From Sminthopsis crassicaudata (taxonomy: Eukaryota): DNA of 64,000 nucleotides. Position numbers and translations under genes: made by a program. The notes below the pieces were generated by a model that worked only from the letters and a program-made list of their open reading frames with translations, did not search any database and was not told the DNA's origin. The stretch lies in NCBI RefSeq assembly GCF_048593235.1, contig NC_133620.1, positions 477,679,886 to 477,743,885 on the forward strand, given 5' to 3'. Positions 35,607 to 47,995 of this stretch are shown in pieces (position 1 is the first letter of the stretch; each line of letters starts with the position of its first letter).

Positions 35607-35781
35607 AGCTGTCCCTCACAACTTCCCTGGGGCTACGCGGGGGCCAGGCTGCCGTGCCCCCAAACGGAGGGACAGGAGCCATTCTGGAGCCATTCGGCGC
35701 CTCCACCCGCAGGCACAGGAGGCCGGCCTCCGCTCTGCCGCTGTCCCCGGCCTCGGCTCCCGTCCCCCGCTCCGTCCGCAC

Positions 35782-38700
35782 CTAGAGCCTCCCGTCCTCC
35801 TGCCTCAGCCTCTTGGAGAGCTGCTCGCCGATGGCCCGCAGGGGGTTGGCTCGGTAGGAGGGGCTGGCAGCCAGCTCCTGAAAGCGCGCCATCTCGTCCT
35901 CTCTGAAACGGGAGACACGGCTCAGAGCCACCTCCCAGCTGACCTTGGGACCTTCCCCTGCGGAGCTACCAGAACCCAGGGGTCCCTCCCCCCGCCCAGG
36001 GGCAGCGTCCGGGGCGGTCCTGCCCATACTTACAGGAGCTTGCGCTTCTGGGCCGGGGTCATGCGGTTGAAGTCAGAGGGCTCTGCCTTCGGCCTTGGGG
36101 CGCTGCGGGGGAGGAGAGGGGGGTCAGCAGAGCCAGAGAGCCCCCCATGCCCCCACTCCCAGCAGGGGGCCTGCGCCCCTTCTGCCCAAGAACCGGCTGC
36201 AGCGCATCGGGGTCCGCCCTCCAGGGAGCCCCTCTCCCCCCAGCGCCACACCCAGTAGGCCCTTTACCTGCCCCGAGCTTCCAGGGTCCTCCCTTACAGG
36301 AGGACAGTGGCCAGCCCCCACTCGGGCCTGAGCTCCCCAGCCAGCCTGGGCACCGTGGGGGTGCCCAAGGAGGGTGCAGGGAGGGGCCCAAAGGGGGCGC
36401 TCTCCAGCACGGAGCTCACTGCTGTCTGGTTCTCAGGAACTCTTCAGCTTAACCTCCCCCAATTCCGGGGGAAACCCCCAGCCAACGCCCCCAGTCCCCC
36501 CCATGACCCCAGCCCCCCCCTTTTCAAGGGGCTGCTCCGGTGCCTGGCCCTCAGTGCAGGGAGTGGCGCGGGGCGGGCTCGGGGACCCACAGCCTCTGCG
36601 CTCCCACTCCTTCTGCGCCAACCAGGCTCAGTCCTGCCCACATGTATCTACGCAGCGTCTGCTCTACTTGGCACCCCCACCCCCACCTCTTGAGCTTCCT
36701 CCGGGGCCGGCTGCCCGTCACCAGCTCGGACAGCTCGGGCAGGGCCTCCATGAGCGGGTGCAGGTCTCCCACCACAGCCGTGGCCTTCCGCTTCACCTGC
36801 GCCCGGCGCGCCTCTTCTGCTGCCTTGATGGTCTCTATTTCTGAGTCAGAGAAGAGCAGGATGAGGGTGGGGGCGAGTCAGGCCGGCACCCGCCTCCATC
36901 CCTGAGCAGCTCCCAGGTGCCCTCCTCTGCTCCCTGCGTGTCCCCCGCTAAAAAGGGTGAGGGGCCCTGGCCTTCCCAGTCCTGGGGGGCTCATCCCCCC
37001 CCAACAGAACCGCCCCCTCAGCCCAAGAGCTCCTCGCCTACACGCGCCACAGCCCGCAGTGGGCGGCCCAGGGTCTGCTCCCACATCCTGGGCACACAGA
37101 CAGGAAGCCCCCCCAGGCGCAGGGGAAGGGCCTCCTTCCCACAGCCCTCCCCAGAAAAGTCTCACCCGCCTCCGCGCCTGGGGCCCAAGCTTCACCCGCC
37201 CGCGGCTCGTCCCCCCTTCAAAGCAGGAGCCCTCTGGAGCCGGGACACCAGCCTCTGTCTGGGTCTGGACGGCCCCCACCTCGGACCAGTGTCCCGCCCA
37301 ACATGGGCAGGGCCGCCATCTCGGCCCTTTACAGAGTTCTGAGTGGAAACGGCCCCAGAGACAAACGAGTGCTTGGGCCGTGACCACGAATGCCCCTCTG
37401 TGGCGGGGCTGGGTCTGAGGGCCGCCGAGGGGAAAGCGGGCGGTGAGTGGCCCCGGCGCACTCAGCCCTCCGGGGGCAAGCAGGATGGCTGCCGGGGCCC
37501 GGGGTCAGCCTCCACCCGGGCTCCCCCCCAGCACCGTCCGGACAAAGTCTGCTCCAAAGCTCCCCTGGGCACACGCCCAGTGATCCACGCATACTCCCCA
37601 GCCGGGAAGGGAACACTGGCCACTAGTGCCACGTGCATGGCGGGCACAGACACTCACACCCCTGCCCCTGGCTCCCAGCCCCGAGACCAGTCCCTGGGCG
37701 GCTCCGAGGCCCCGCGGGGCACTGTCTGGGCCCCCCCGCCGGGCTTACTCTGCAGCCATCTGGACCGTCTCAGCTTCATCTTCTCTTTCTTGGACAAAAC
37801 GGGTTTTGCTTCGGGGCCTGAAAGGAAACAGGGGACACGTGAGCAGGGGCGGCATTCTGGGCCCGAGCCCCTGCCCACCACGGCCCTCGGCCAGGGCACG
37901 CGTGGGCACTGGTGCCACACTAAGGGGACTGTCCCAGAGCCTGGCCCTCCCCCCGCTGGCACCCGCCGGCCACCCCGGCTCCACCGAGCTCGGCTCAGCC
38001 GTGAAAGCCTCGACCCTGCCCGGCGCCCCCCGGGTTCCTCCTCCAGCGCTCTCACCTGCGCCTGCGGAGACCACGCTTCTGACGTCCACGTCCAACTTCT
38101 GGACCAGGGCCTTCGGGTCGATCGTGGTCCCGGCAAAGATGTCCGAGGTCACCAAACCCCAGTCCTGTGGATTAAGGCGGGGACGAGACAAGCTGGGAAC
38201 GGACTCACCTAACCAAGGGTCACAGACCTCCAGGGGCCGGGGGGGAGGGGACAAAGCTGGGCCCCCGGCTCTGCCTCCCAAGAACTGACCCCTCCTCGGG
38301 GTTCCAGGCATTTTCTTGGGCCTTCCCCTGCCCCGCTTGGTGTATATGTCTGTCTCCAGGCTTCCCATAAGTCTGGGCTACAATCCCACCTTCTTGTTCA
38401 GCCCCGCTGGCTCCTGCTGAAGGCCAGGGCCCCTTCTCCAAAGGTTTAAGTTTAAATAAGTGCAGTCAAAGGCGGGAGAATAAAGGAAATCAATTTTGCT
38501 GAAATAAGATGTTTTTCCCACCTGAGCTTCAGGGCCCCCTGGGGGCCCCAGCTTAAGACCCCCTGGGGTCTGAGGAACCTTGCGTTTGTGCTCTCTGTGC
38601 CAGGCACTCTGCACTCGCCCCTCGCGTGCGTCCAGGCTGGCCGCGCTCATTTCCACGGACGCAGTCATCTGCACCTCGTGTTGGCGCTAACACACGCTCG

Positions 38701-40902
38701 GTGAGGACGGGGTCCCTCCTGGGAACTACCCCCGACCGAATGTGGGTGTCCCCACAGGCCCCTCTCCGATCAGGCCTCGGCCATCACTCGTCACCCTGGA
38801 GCCCCTGAGCCCTGACTTCCAGCCCACGCTCGGCCTCCTGGCCGGCCCTCCCCGCTTCCCTGGTCCCACTTTCCCCCTCTCAGGGTCATGAGCCTCGGGC
38901 CGGCCCAGCCCTAGACCACCACCAGCCTCCAAAGAGCTGCAGCCCCGGCCTCAGGACCAGCCTCAGGCAGCCCCTTTCTTCCTGGCCCAGTCTTCCCACC
39001 TGCAGGGAACGGGGTCCCAACACTGGCCCACGCTCGCTCCGGACGCGGCTGCCCGCCCCTGGCGACTCTCAGCCCGTCCCCCCGCCGCCCTCTCCTGCTC
39101 AGCGGGCTGCCTCCTCTCTCCAGCCCCTCTCTCTCCTCCCCAAGGCCTCGAGACCTCTAAATCCCTTGGAACGAAAGCGGCAGAGACCTCCAGGCTGTGG
39201 GAGGCAGAGAGGAAGCTCCCGGCCGCCTCCATTCCCACTCAGGTGTCCTCCTGGGAGGCCTCCCGCAGCCAGGATCTCAGGCTTTAATTAGACTTGTTTT
39301 AATTACGCCAGTGAGCAGTCCCATCAGCCACAGGGGGAGCGTAAGAAGGCAACTGGCTAAAAAAAGCCGGCAGGAAGCGAGCGGGGAGCCAGCCATGCAG
39401 ACAGACGCAGACTCCCCGGGGCTCGGGGGTCACCTCCAGAGAACCCCCAGCGGGCGGCCAAGCTGCGAGAACCCGTCAGTGGACACTGCGCCAGCTCAAA
39501 ACACAATCCTGCCTTCGAGGGGCTTCCAGTCCACCCAGGGCAGAGACTGGGGAAATCTAGAACAAGTCTAATGGCCAGAGGGAGGGGTACCCGGAAGTGG
39601 GGGGGATGGAAGCATATCTGGAGAGAGAAGTATAAGGAGCCTGGAAAGGGAGGAAGGGGCCAGGTAATAAAGGCCAGAGAGGACTCTGTCATTGACCAGA
39701 GAGGTCACAGGGAACCACTGAAGCTTAGTGACCAGCGGGTGACACAAGACCTGCACTGCCCGGCTAAATGGAAGGCTGACCAGAGGGGGAGAGACGGAGG
39801 CAGGACGATCCCAGCAGCCAGCTGTAGTCCAGGCATCAGGTGGGCAGGGCCTACACCAGGGTGGGGCAGGATCAGCAGAGAGGGGGAACAGGGCAGAGGC
39901 AGGGAGGTGTCACCTGATGGGCCAGGGAAGTGCCACCTGATGGGCAATGCTAACAAAGTGAAATCAATACAGATGTCGGGGAGGTGAAATTGACAGCTGA
40001 TCTGGGGAAGTGAAATTGACAGCAGATTCTGGGGAAGTGAAATTGACAGCAGATTCTGGGGAAGTGAAATTGACAGCGGATTCTGGGGAGGTGAAACTGA
40101 CAGGCCTTGGCATTCCATTAGTGGGGGGGAGAGTCCAGGCTGACTCCCAGTCCGGGCCTGGGAGGATGGCCATGCTCCAGACAGCCACAGGAAAGGGAGA
40201 GAGGCTGCTCACAGAAGGTCTCCAGGGCAGAGCTGGCAGGGACCTTCCTGAGTTCCTGAGGCAGAAGTAAGTCTGCTGTCAGACCCCCCTCCTCCATTCT
40301 CTCCCGGCCAACCAAACCGCACTGCTTAGGAGCCGGTGTGTGCCAAGTGCCAGGGGCACGGGATGGAGAAAAAAGTGCGCCTGCCCTCTGCCCACAGGCG
40401 TGGAGGGAGCTGAAAGATCACAGGGGGGAGGCCCAGTGCTCTAGGACTCTTCCCTGGGGCTCAGGACTTGGTACAACTCACACCTCCACGCCCCCCTCCC
40501 CTCGACTCTGGCTCTCGCGCGCCTCCTGCCGCTTTCTCGGGAGCGTCTAGCTCCCCGCTCCCTTCCCCCCGCCTCCAGCTTAGCCCAACAGTGGGTAAAT
40601 CTGAGTGCTCACTCCCTTCTTCTGACTTCAGAGCGCCCCCTGCTGCTCGAGAGAGAGAACACCAACCTGGCCAAGCCCCGCACCAAGAGCTGCCCCCCCC
40701 CACGTCCCGCCCAATGGTCCCGCCCACGGTGCGCCGATCTTACCTGTCCCCCAGTCCCGCTCCACGGCGTCACCTCCGCGGGGCGCGAGGGCGTCGTCCC
40801 CGCTGCCGTCGTCTTCTCCTCCTTGGCGTTCGGGGCCGGGCGCGCCGCCTTCACCGCGGCCTCGTGCAGCCGGGCTCGGGGCCGTCTCACTTTGCCCACC
40901 AT
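35782..40902 (-). CDS. SLX9: SLX9 / FAM207A ribosome biogenesis factor, 6 coding exons, 226 aa
   Basis: Exons 40902-40744, 38164-38056, 37817-37749, 36840-36687, 36102-36034 and 35902-35782 (681 nt). All introns are GT-AG with compatible phases. Peptides MVGKVRRPRARLH, DIFAGTTIDPKALVQKL, VLSKKEKMKLRR..WLQKIE, VVGDLHPLMEALPEL and RFQELAASPSYRANPLRAIG match the FAM207A family. Confidence 0.95.
39540..39975 (-). mobile_element. LINE-2 3' fragment in SLX9 intron 1
   Basis: The minus strand reads CACCCTGGTGTAGGCCCTGCCCACCTGATGCCTGGACTAC...CTTCAGTGGTTCCCTGTGACC...CTGGCCCCTTCCTCCCTTTCCAGG, typical of the L2 3' region. Confidence 0.75.
39975..40105. repeat. 27-bp tandem repeat, about 5 copies, derived from an L2 motif
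   Basis: GGGGAAGTGAAATTGACAGCAGATTCT repeated. Confidence 0.92.
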
Positions 40903-41450
40903 GCTGAGTCTCCGGAGCGGCCGAGCCTGTCACGTGCTCACACCCCCCGGAAACAAGAACCCGTGCACGTGGGTTCCGAGGCGCCGCCGGGCTCCTTTTG
41001 GGGAAGCGGAAAGGGGCGGGTCCCGGCCAGGGAGGAGAGAGCTCAATGAGGCTCCGCCCCGGAACCCCGCTTCCGGTCCGAGGCGCGTGCGCACTCCCCC
41101 GGGCAGGCTTCGCCTCCGAGTAACTTTCACAGATTCACCATGCGGCCCCTCCTCCAGTTTGGAGAGTAAACTGAGGCCTAGGGACTTCCGGAATCGTCTT
41201 CCAACCCGGCGTCCCCTTCCCTTTCTCTTCCCACGGGAGCTGGGTGGGGGAGGGGAGGGGACCCCCGTCGGGAGACTTGCTAAGGGAGGAAGGACATGCC
41301 CCGCTCCAGCCCCGCGGGCCACCGCTTCCGCCTGAGACACCCTCTCCCCCCGCTGGCGCAGGAGCCCCGGGGGAGGGGAGCGCCCCGCCCCCCCCCTCCG
41401 CGTCTCCCGAGTTCCCCAGACCGCGCGCCGCCTGAGAGCCGCCTGAGCCC
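40600..41450 (-). promoter_or_regulatory. SLX9 CpG-island housekeeping promoter
   Basis: GC box at about 41052, ETS/GABP-type CCGGAA (41059-41064) and CTTCCGG (41070-41076), NRF1-like GCGCGTGCGCA (41083-41093), and ACTTCCGGAA at about 41185; all upstream of the ATG at 40902. Confidence 0.8.
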
Positions 41451-41754
41451 CCCCTTTTGCCTCTTTTTCTGCCCCCTGGAGGAGTTGGCCGTTCCCTTCT
41501 CCCGAGCATTTTGCAGCTGAGGAAACTTAGATCAGCGGAGTGAAAGGACTTCGGCAGGATCTCCCGGCCAGTCAGGACCCGGAGCTCGAGCCGGCCCCTC
41601 CGGCTGTCCCGAGCTCCCCGCTTGCAGACCTCGCCGGGCCCGGGGCTCCTCTCCACTCCTAGGAGAAGGGACGCCAGGGGATGCCCTAGAGCCGGGGGCC
41701 AGATGGCCCAGGAGAAGTCCTGAACCCAGGTCAGACCTCGGACACGTCTCTGTC

Positions 41755-41905
41755 GGGCCTTGGGCAAGTCACCTAAGCAGTCTGCCTCGGTTTCCTAAAC
41801 TGTAAAGTGAAGATTGGAACACAGGATTGTTTGAGCATCAAATGAGATCTATGTAGCTATAAACCACTTCGTATGCCGTAGGTGCTTAATAAATGCCTAT
41901 TCCCC
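41755..41905 (+). mobile_element. MIR core plus L2-like tail remnant
   Basis: CCTTGGGCAAGTCACCTAAGC..TCTGCCTCGGTTTCCT..CTGTAAAGTG; ends GGTGCTTAATAAATGC. Confidence 0.75.
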
Positions 41906-43738
41906 TCCTACCAGTTTGCTCAGAGACCAGATCCCTGTCACCAGCTGGAATCCAGATGGATCCTTCCCTGTTCTCAGGACTAGCGGCAGCTGCTGCTGAG
42001 GGCCTGGCCTGGGTTCAAGGGGCTTTCCTTTCCAGGTCTGACCCCCGGTTCCTGGTCAGAGATTGAAGAGGGAACTTGGGCGGACTGACTGTGGGACGCC
42101 CCTGCCCTGACCTCAAAATTGTTCTCGGCCCCCATTATAGTCCCGAGACTGAGATCCAGGAGCTTGTCCAGTCTCCCCCCTCCCCCCTTAATGTGAGTGG
42201 CGGGAGGCCTCGTGGCTCCCTCTCCCTCTCTGCCGGGGCCTCTCTGGACACTTGTTCTAGGAAGGAACTTTGGGGAGCGTTGGGTGGGTGGGAGTCAGGG
42301 CCTTTCACCCCCGCCCGAGGAAGGTCTAGGCCCCTGGGGGGGGGCGCTGCTGGAGCCCAGGCTCCCTGCTGGGTAAATGCGAGCTTGCCCCTCCCACTTA
42401 GGGAGAGAACCTGGGAAAGTTCTGCAATCAATCAATCAACAAGAGGCTGCAAGGCAGCACGTGCCCTCGGGGGTTAGGAGGCCGGCCTCTACAAAGTGGG
42501 CTCCTAAGGGCCTGAGCAGCAGATAATTGGTTTAGAGACCCAGGGATTTAAGAGGGCTGGGGAAGGCCTCGGGCTTCCCAGCGAGGCCGGGAGGAGGAGA
42601 CTTGGGGGCTGCCAGCAGAGAGGGCCCGGAGCCCGGAGCCGGAGTCTGGCCAGGAAAGCAGGTGGGTAGGAGAGCCAGAGCCGAGCAAGGGGCCACGGAA
42701 CCCTGGGAGATGGTCGCCTGAGCCCGGAATGGGGCCCAGAACCCTTGATGAGCAAGAGCTGGCTGCGGGCAGGAGGGGGCAGCGCCCTGCTGGAAGCCCG
42801 GCCCACGAGGGGCTGTGAGACCTGTCTGCCCAGGGAGGAAACCTCTGGCTGGGGAGGGGCAAGGAAATGGTCTGGGAAGCCTCGGAACCGGGGGAGCGGC
42901 ACCTCCAAGCCCGCGGGGAGCAGCACCCCCGGGCACTGACCCCCCCCCCCCCCCCCCCCCCCCGCAGAGCCCCAACCTATTAATCCACACACCTTGCCTA
43001 AGCATTTCCTGTGCGGTCCCCAGGCACTTGCCTAGGACAGGAAGAGGATGAGGAGAGACCGGGACTGGCCAGGGAGGGGGGCGGCCGCGCATTGTGTCCC
43101 TTTGTCCTTGGGAGGCCCCTGGGCCCAGCGGGGGACCCAGAGTCAGATTCCCACGGGAAGTGGGAAAGCTTCAGAGAGATCCATCAGTTTTAAGATAGCT
43201 GGGGGGCGGGGCAGGGACCAGGACCTGGGGGCGGGGAAAGGCTCCTGAAGACTCTGCCCCTTGGGCTGAGCCGGGAAGAAGGGCAGCGGCTCTTAGAGAT
43301 CCAGGTGCGCCTGCAAGGGCTCCTTGAGAGGAGGTGAAATCTGGTGTAGAAGAAACAATGGGAAGGCCGGTGGCCAGACCCCGTGCCTGGGGGGATGAGA
43401 CCCCCATTAGAATACAGTGTGAAGGGACAGGGGCTGTGTCAATGTCAGGAGAGGCTGTAGAGGAGCTCCAGATTGGGGGGGATGACCCCCAGGTTGGGAG
43501 GCCTGAGGATGTCCCCTCTCCTGTCATCGGGAAAGGGGAGAGATGAGTGGGAGGATTGAGGGGGAGAGACCATGAGTTCTGCTTTGGGGGAGTTCAAGAC
43601 ACCTCCGTGGCTCTGGATCTGCTCTAATGGATCAAATGCCCACGGTTCCTTGTTGCTCCCTGCAGCTCTTGCTTGGTCATGATTTCTCCCCGTCCTTGGA
43701 TCTGTCAGGTGATTTCTTCTACAAGCCTCTCATTTGTG

Positions 43739-43957
43739 CAGGAGGCCCCAGATCCCTCGGGTCACTTGTTCAGGACGCCCCAGATCCCTCGGGTCACTTG
43801 TTCAGGACGCCCCAGATCCCTCGGGTCACTTGTTCAGGACGCCCCAGATCCCTCGGGTCACTTGTTCAGGACGCCCCAGATCCCTCAGGTCACTTGTTCA
43901 GGACACCCCAGATCCCTCGGGTCACTTGTTCAGGACGCCCCAGATCCCTCGGGTCAT
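43739..43957. repeat. Minisatellite, 32-bp unit, about 6.8 nearly identical copies
   Basis: CAGGACGCCCCAGATCCCTCGGGTCACTTGTT repeated. Confidence 0.97.
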
Positions 43958-44243
43958 TTTGAAGGTTGCCTGGGATGTTGATCTACAGCTAGTTTCAGCC
44001 GTGCTGTTCTTGTCCCAGCTTTGTCAAAGCCTGGGTGGCAGCTATTGGCTCTTTTCCCACCCCGCCCCCGTGTGCTCACAATGACGGCTCAGTCATTTAG
44101 CAGCTAGCTTTTCTTGCTTCCCTAGACCTCCCTCCACCCGATTTCTGATTTTAATCCTTTTCTTGCTCACAAAGACCATCTTTTCAGGGTCTGATTGGTG
44201 CAGCCCCTAAGAAGTGAGTCACTTTGTCCCCTTGATGACTTTT

Positions 44244-44380
44244 TTTTCCCCCTGAGGCTGGGGTTAAGTGACTTGCCCAGGGTCACACAGCTAGGAAGTG
44301 TTAAGTGTCTGAAAGCAGATTTGAACTCGGGTCCTCCTGAATTCAAGGCTGGTGCATCCACTGCGCCCCCTAGCTGCCCC
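44244..44380 (-). mobile_element. Full-length WSINE1-like CORE-SINE with 16-bp target-site duplication
   Basis: Minus strand GGGGCAGCTAGGGGGCGCAGTGGATGCACCAGCCTTGAATTCAGGAGGACCCGAGTTCAAATC...GTGACCCTGGGCAAGTCACTTAACCCCAGCCTCAGGGGG-A tail. CCCCTTGATGACTTTT occurs at 44228-44243 and 44381-44396. Confidence 0.92.
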
Positions 44381-46729
44381 CCCCTTGATGACTTTTAACG
44401 CCCACCTGACTCCTCATTTGGAGGGGCCCTTTTGAGGTAACTTCTCCCTGGCCTCCCACCCAGTGCCATTGCACAAGCCTCCAGTTGGAGGGAGTAGTGG
44501 GCGGAGGCAGTTCCCATTTTCGGTCGTTTTCTGGCCTAAGCCGGAGCTGGAGATGCCTGTCCGCGCTGGCCCCTGGTCTAGGCCAGCACTGGTTCTGTAA
44601 TTCAGCCATGTGGGAAGCAGGAAAGAGAAGTGGGCCCGGCCCCAGTGTTCTAGAGCTCTTCCCTGTGCCAAGAGGTCATGAAGGCCTCTTGTAGCTCCGG
44701 CGTGGGGGGCAGGGCTCCTCTGGGCCCAGGCCGGTCTGAGGGCTCTCCCCCAGAGAAGGGTGTAGCCTCTGCCTCAGAGGACGCTCAGCTCCCCAGCACA
44801 CACGGGATCACGTGCTTTTTCTCACACTCCGAGTATTTCTGGGTTGGTTTGAGACCGAATCTAACTAAAGACATTGAACAGAGACCTGGGGCTCTAAAAT
44901 GCTGCTTCCCCGGGACGCCCCAGGGAGGCCTGGCCAGCCCCCGGGGTGTCTGAGTGTCCTTGGGGAGGGTTTCCACCAGGCCAGGGGTCTTAAGGTGTGG
45001 CGATAGTTCCCCAGAGAAGCAGGAGCTGCAGCCTAAAGGAGAGGAGAGGGAGGCAAGGCTGACCCTCACAGCTGCGCCTCCTTGTGCTGGTCCCTCTGGC
45101 GCAGGAGCCAGGAAGCCGCTGGGCCTGGGCTAGCTCCTAATAATGCGGAGCCCCAAGGACCCAAGCGAGCGAGCCGGCTGCCTCTGTGCCCCCCATCAGG
45201 GTGGGGGCCCAGCATAGCCCATCTTCTGGAAGCCCTTCACCTCCTGCCCGTGCCCTGCTCAGCCACAGACCGATGGCTTTCACTGATTTCTCGTTGAGCA
45301 GGGACCTACTGATCCTTAGGCAGAGGGGCGCTTTCCCCTGACGGAGGTATCCTCCTGGTCCGGGGGTCCTGGAGCTTAGTGCTACGCCCCCTAAAAGCAG
45401 AGATTAGACTAATCTTTGTCAGGGCTTCCTAGGGGAGGTGTATTCCAGTGCCCTGATGCCTTGGAGGCGCTGGGATGTTCTCTGAGAATCTGGGACTCCG
45501 TGGACCCCAGGATTTGAGCAGGTTTGCCAGAATGGCAATGGGTTCTTCTGTCTTCAGATCTTTGCCCAGAGGGCAGTCTTTGAAAAAGGGAGAGCAGCAA
45601 AGTCAGTCACGTGTCTACAGGATGGAGGGCCCGCCCTCTCTTTGGCTTGGAGATATCTAGAAGCGGACACTAGAGCATCCCGGCTTCCCAGGAGCTCCTG
45701 TTACTCTGGGAACCCGCCACTCCAAGCCACAGAAGCTCGCCCTGGCCCCTGGCGGCGTGCCGGGTTAGGGGTAGGATGGGTGGTGACGGGCAGAAACGAG
45801 ACAAGGCACCCAGCTTGAGAATGTTCAGGAGCAGGCCCTGCCCTAGCAGGACGGAGACCCCAAAGTCCCAGGGCTTCCGTGCACCTCCTCCACCCCACTT
45901 CATGAAGAGCAGATGTTGCCATGGGAAGAGAGGCTACTGGGAACACGCCCGTTTTCTAGATTCTCCGGCTTTTAAATGTTAACAGAGACTAAGAGAGTGA
46001 CGCAAATAAGGAGTCATGGGACTCCTCGCTCGCCACTGACCTTGGATGAGCGAGGGGCCCCGTCTGCCCTAACTTGTACAATGACTCAGTGACCTCCAAG
46101 GTTTCCTCTGTGATGTTTGCCAAGGGTTCAGAATCACAAGCTACTCTCCTTTCAAGGGTTGAGAACTAACCTCAGTATGTGCCTGCAGGAGAACACTGGT
46201 TCAGGGATGTGCTTATAAATCCTTCAGGAAACTCCTGCCCCATGATCTGACTTAGCCAGCTGGCAGGGGCTGCCCCTCCTGAGAAGTCTGCCTCTGCCTA
46301 CGGGCCTACAGACAAGTCATTTTCCTTTGGCCCTCAGTTCCCCTCGTTTATGAAGTGAGGATCTTCCCAGGTCTGGTCCTTGTGACGCGGGGCTCAAAAC
46401 CCATGTCTGTTACTCTGTCCCTCTCCCCTGTGAATTGAAAGGAGCCAGAGAGGTCAGTAGTCAAATCAGAGGAGTGTTGGAATATACAGGAGCCTCCTGA
46501 CGGGCTGCTGGAGATGCAACCCAGAGCGGATCTCCTTCTGTGAGAGGATGGTGCAAGGAGACTGAGAGGCCGTCGCATGGTCTGACCTCCCTCCTCTTCC
46601 CTCTGCCTCCGATGTATCTCATTCCCAGTCCGCAAACCCTGTGTCAGCAAAGGCTGCCCCGCAGCTCCCTCAGGTGCTGTGATCCACAGCTGGGGAGGCT
46701 CTCGGGGAACTGACCTGCCCCTTAATAGA

Positions 46730-47200
46730 GGAGGGAGAGTGTTCCAGGTGCAGAGAACAGAACAGTCTGTGATGGAGAGGTGAAGTCTTGTTCAAGGAAC
46801 AGCCAGGATGCCATAGTCCAGGTATGAAGGAATAAGGGTCTGCACAAGATGATAGTAGTAGAGAGAAGGGAACGCAGAGGACACATGTTCCTGAGGTGAT
46901 GTGGATGAGATATGTTGCAAAGGTGAAATTGGGGGCCGGTGTTCCAGAGGCAAATTCAACAGAAAGGAGGTTCCAAAGGTGAATTGAGAGATCCTGCTAG
47001 GGTGAAACTGCTGAGAGATGGTGCAGGGCTGACCTTGACTTTGACGAAATGTTCCAAGAGGTTGATATTGATGAGATGTTCCAAGAGAGGTTGACATTGA
47101 CAAGAAATACTGAGGAAGTGAAATCAATCAGAAAAGGTCTTCCAAAGATGAAATTGATGAGAGGTGAAATCTACAGCCTCAGCAGCTTGGATGTGAGGGT
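46730..47200 (-). mobile_element. LINE-2 fragment with internal degenerate tandem amplification
   Basis: The minus-strand translation SLYYYHLVQTLIPSYLDY resembles L2. Repeated AGGTGAAATTGA-like motifs at 46880-47190. Confidence 0.65.
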
Positions 47201-47719
47201 GAGAGAATGCCTGCTAGGTTGGGAGCCCGAGGGGCCAGGAGGAGGCCGGTGCCTTTGACGGTGAGTGGGGGCATGTCCGGCCGCCTACAGGACGGCCAGT
47301 GCCAGAGGGCAGCCCTCGGCACAGTTCTGGGGCTGAGGCCGCTGGTGGCTTCCCCTCTCTGGGCAGCTCTCTCGAATCCTGGGTTTGTTTCTAGCTCTTC
47401 CATCTGTGTGGGGAGGATGGACAAAGTAGGGTTATGGTTGTCTTCTTGATCTACTTCTCTTTGGCATGTTTTGCAGGCTCTTTATTTTGGTTCTTTCAGG
47501 GCTAGTTCGGCTCCACCTGGGTCCAAGAACCCCAGTGAGAGGATCTGAGTTCAGCCATTCAGCTAAGTTAGTGGGTGATCCGTTTCCCCATTTGGTTCTG
47601 TTCATTTGAGTTGTTTGACTGGACTTGCCTCTGGGGCAGCTTTCTGTGGACTAGAGAAAGCTGCTCTTCCTCACTTCGTCATCCCCTGACCCGCGAAAAT
47701 CCCAGTAAACTTGTGGGAA

Positions 47720-47995
47720 ATGGCGTCCACGTCCAGAGAGCTTCACAGACCAAATGCTGAGAAGCAGACTATCTCTACCTTTTGGGAGTTTCCCCTTTCT
47801 TGTATCTTTTCCTTTTGTTCTAATTTTTCTTTTGCAACATGACTATGTGGAAATATGGTTACCACGACTGCCCAGGTATTGCCCACAAAGCAGATCGTTT
47901 GCCATCTTGGGGAGGGGAGGAAGGGAGGGAGAAAAATTTGGAACTCGAAGTCTTACAAAAGTGAATGTTGAAAACAATCTTTAATTAGAAAAAAG
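47720..47995 (+). mobile_element. Marsupial LINE-1 extreme 3' UTR fragment
   Basis: TTTTCTTTTGCAACATGACTATGTGGAAATATG...GGGAGGGAGAAAAATTTGGAACTC..TCTTACAAAAGTGAATGTTGAAAAC ending in an A-rich run. Confidence 0.8.

Noticed and set aside
38440-38525. AT-rich intronic patch in SLX9 considered as a snoRNA
   Set aside because: No C (RTGATGA) or D (CTGA) box pair and no H/ACA architecture visible on the host strand.
39287-39572. 12-bp perfect inverted repeat (ATTAGACTTGTT / AACAAGTCTAAT) suggesting MITE termini
   Set aside because: One arm lies in the L2 3' end, there is no target-site duplication, and a 12-bp match is expected by chance over 64 kb.
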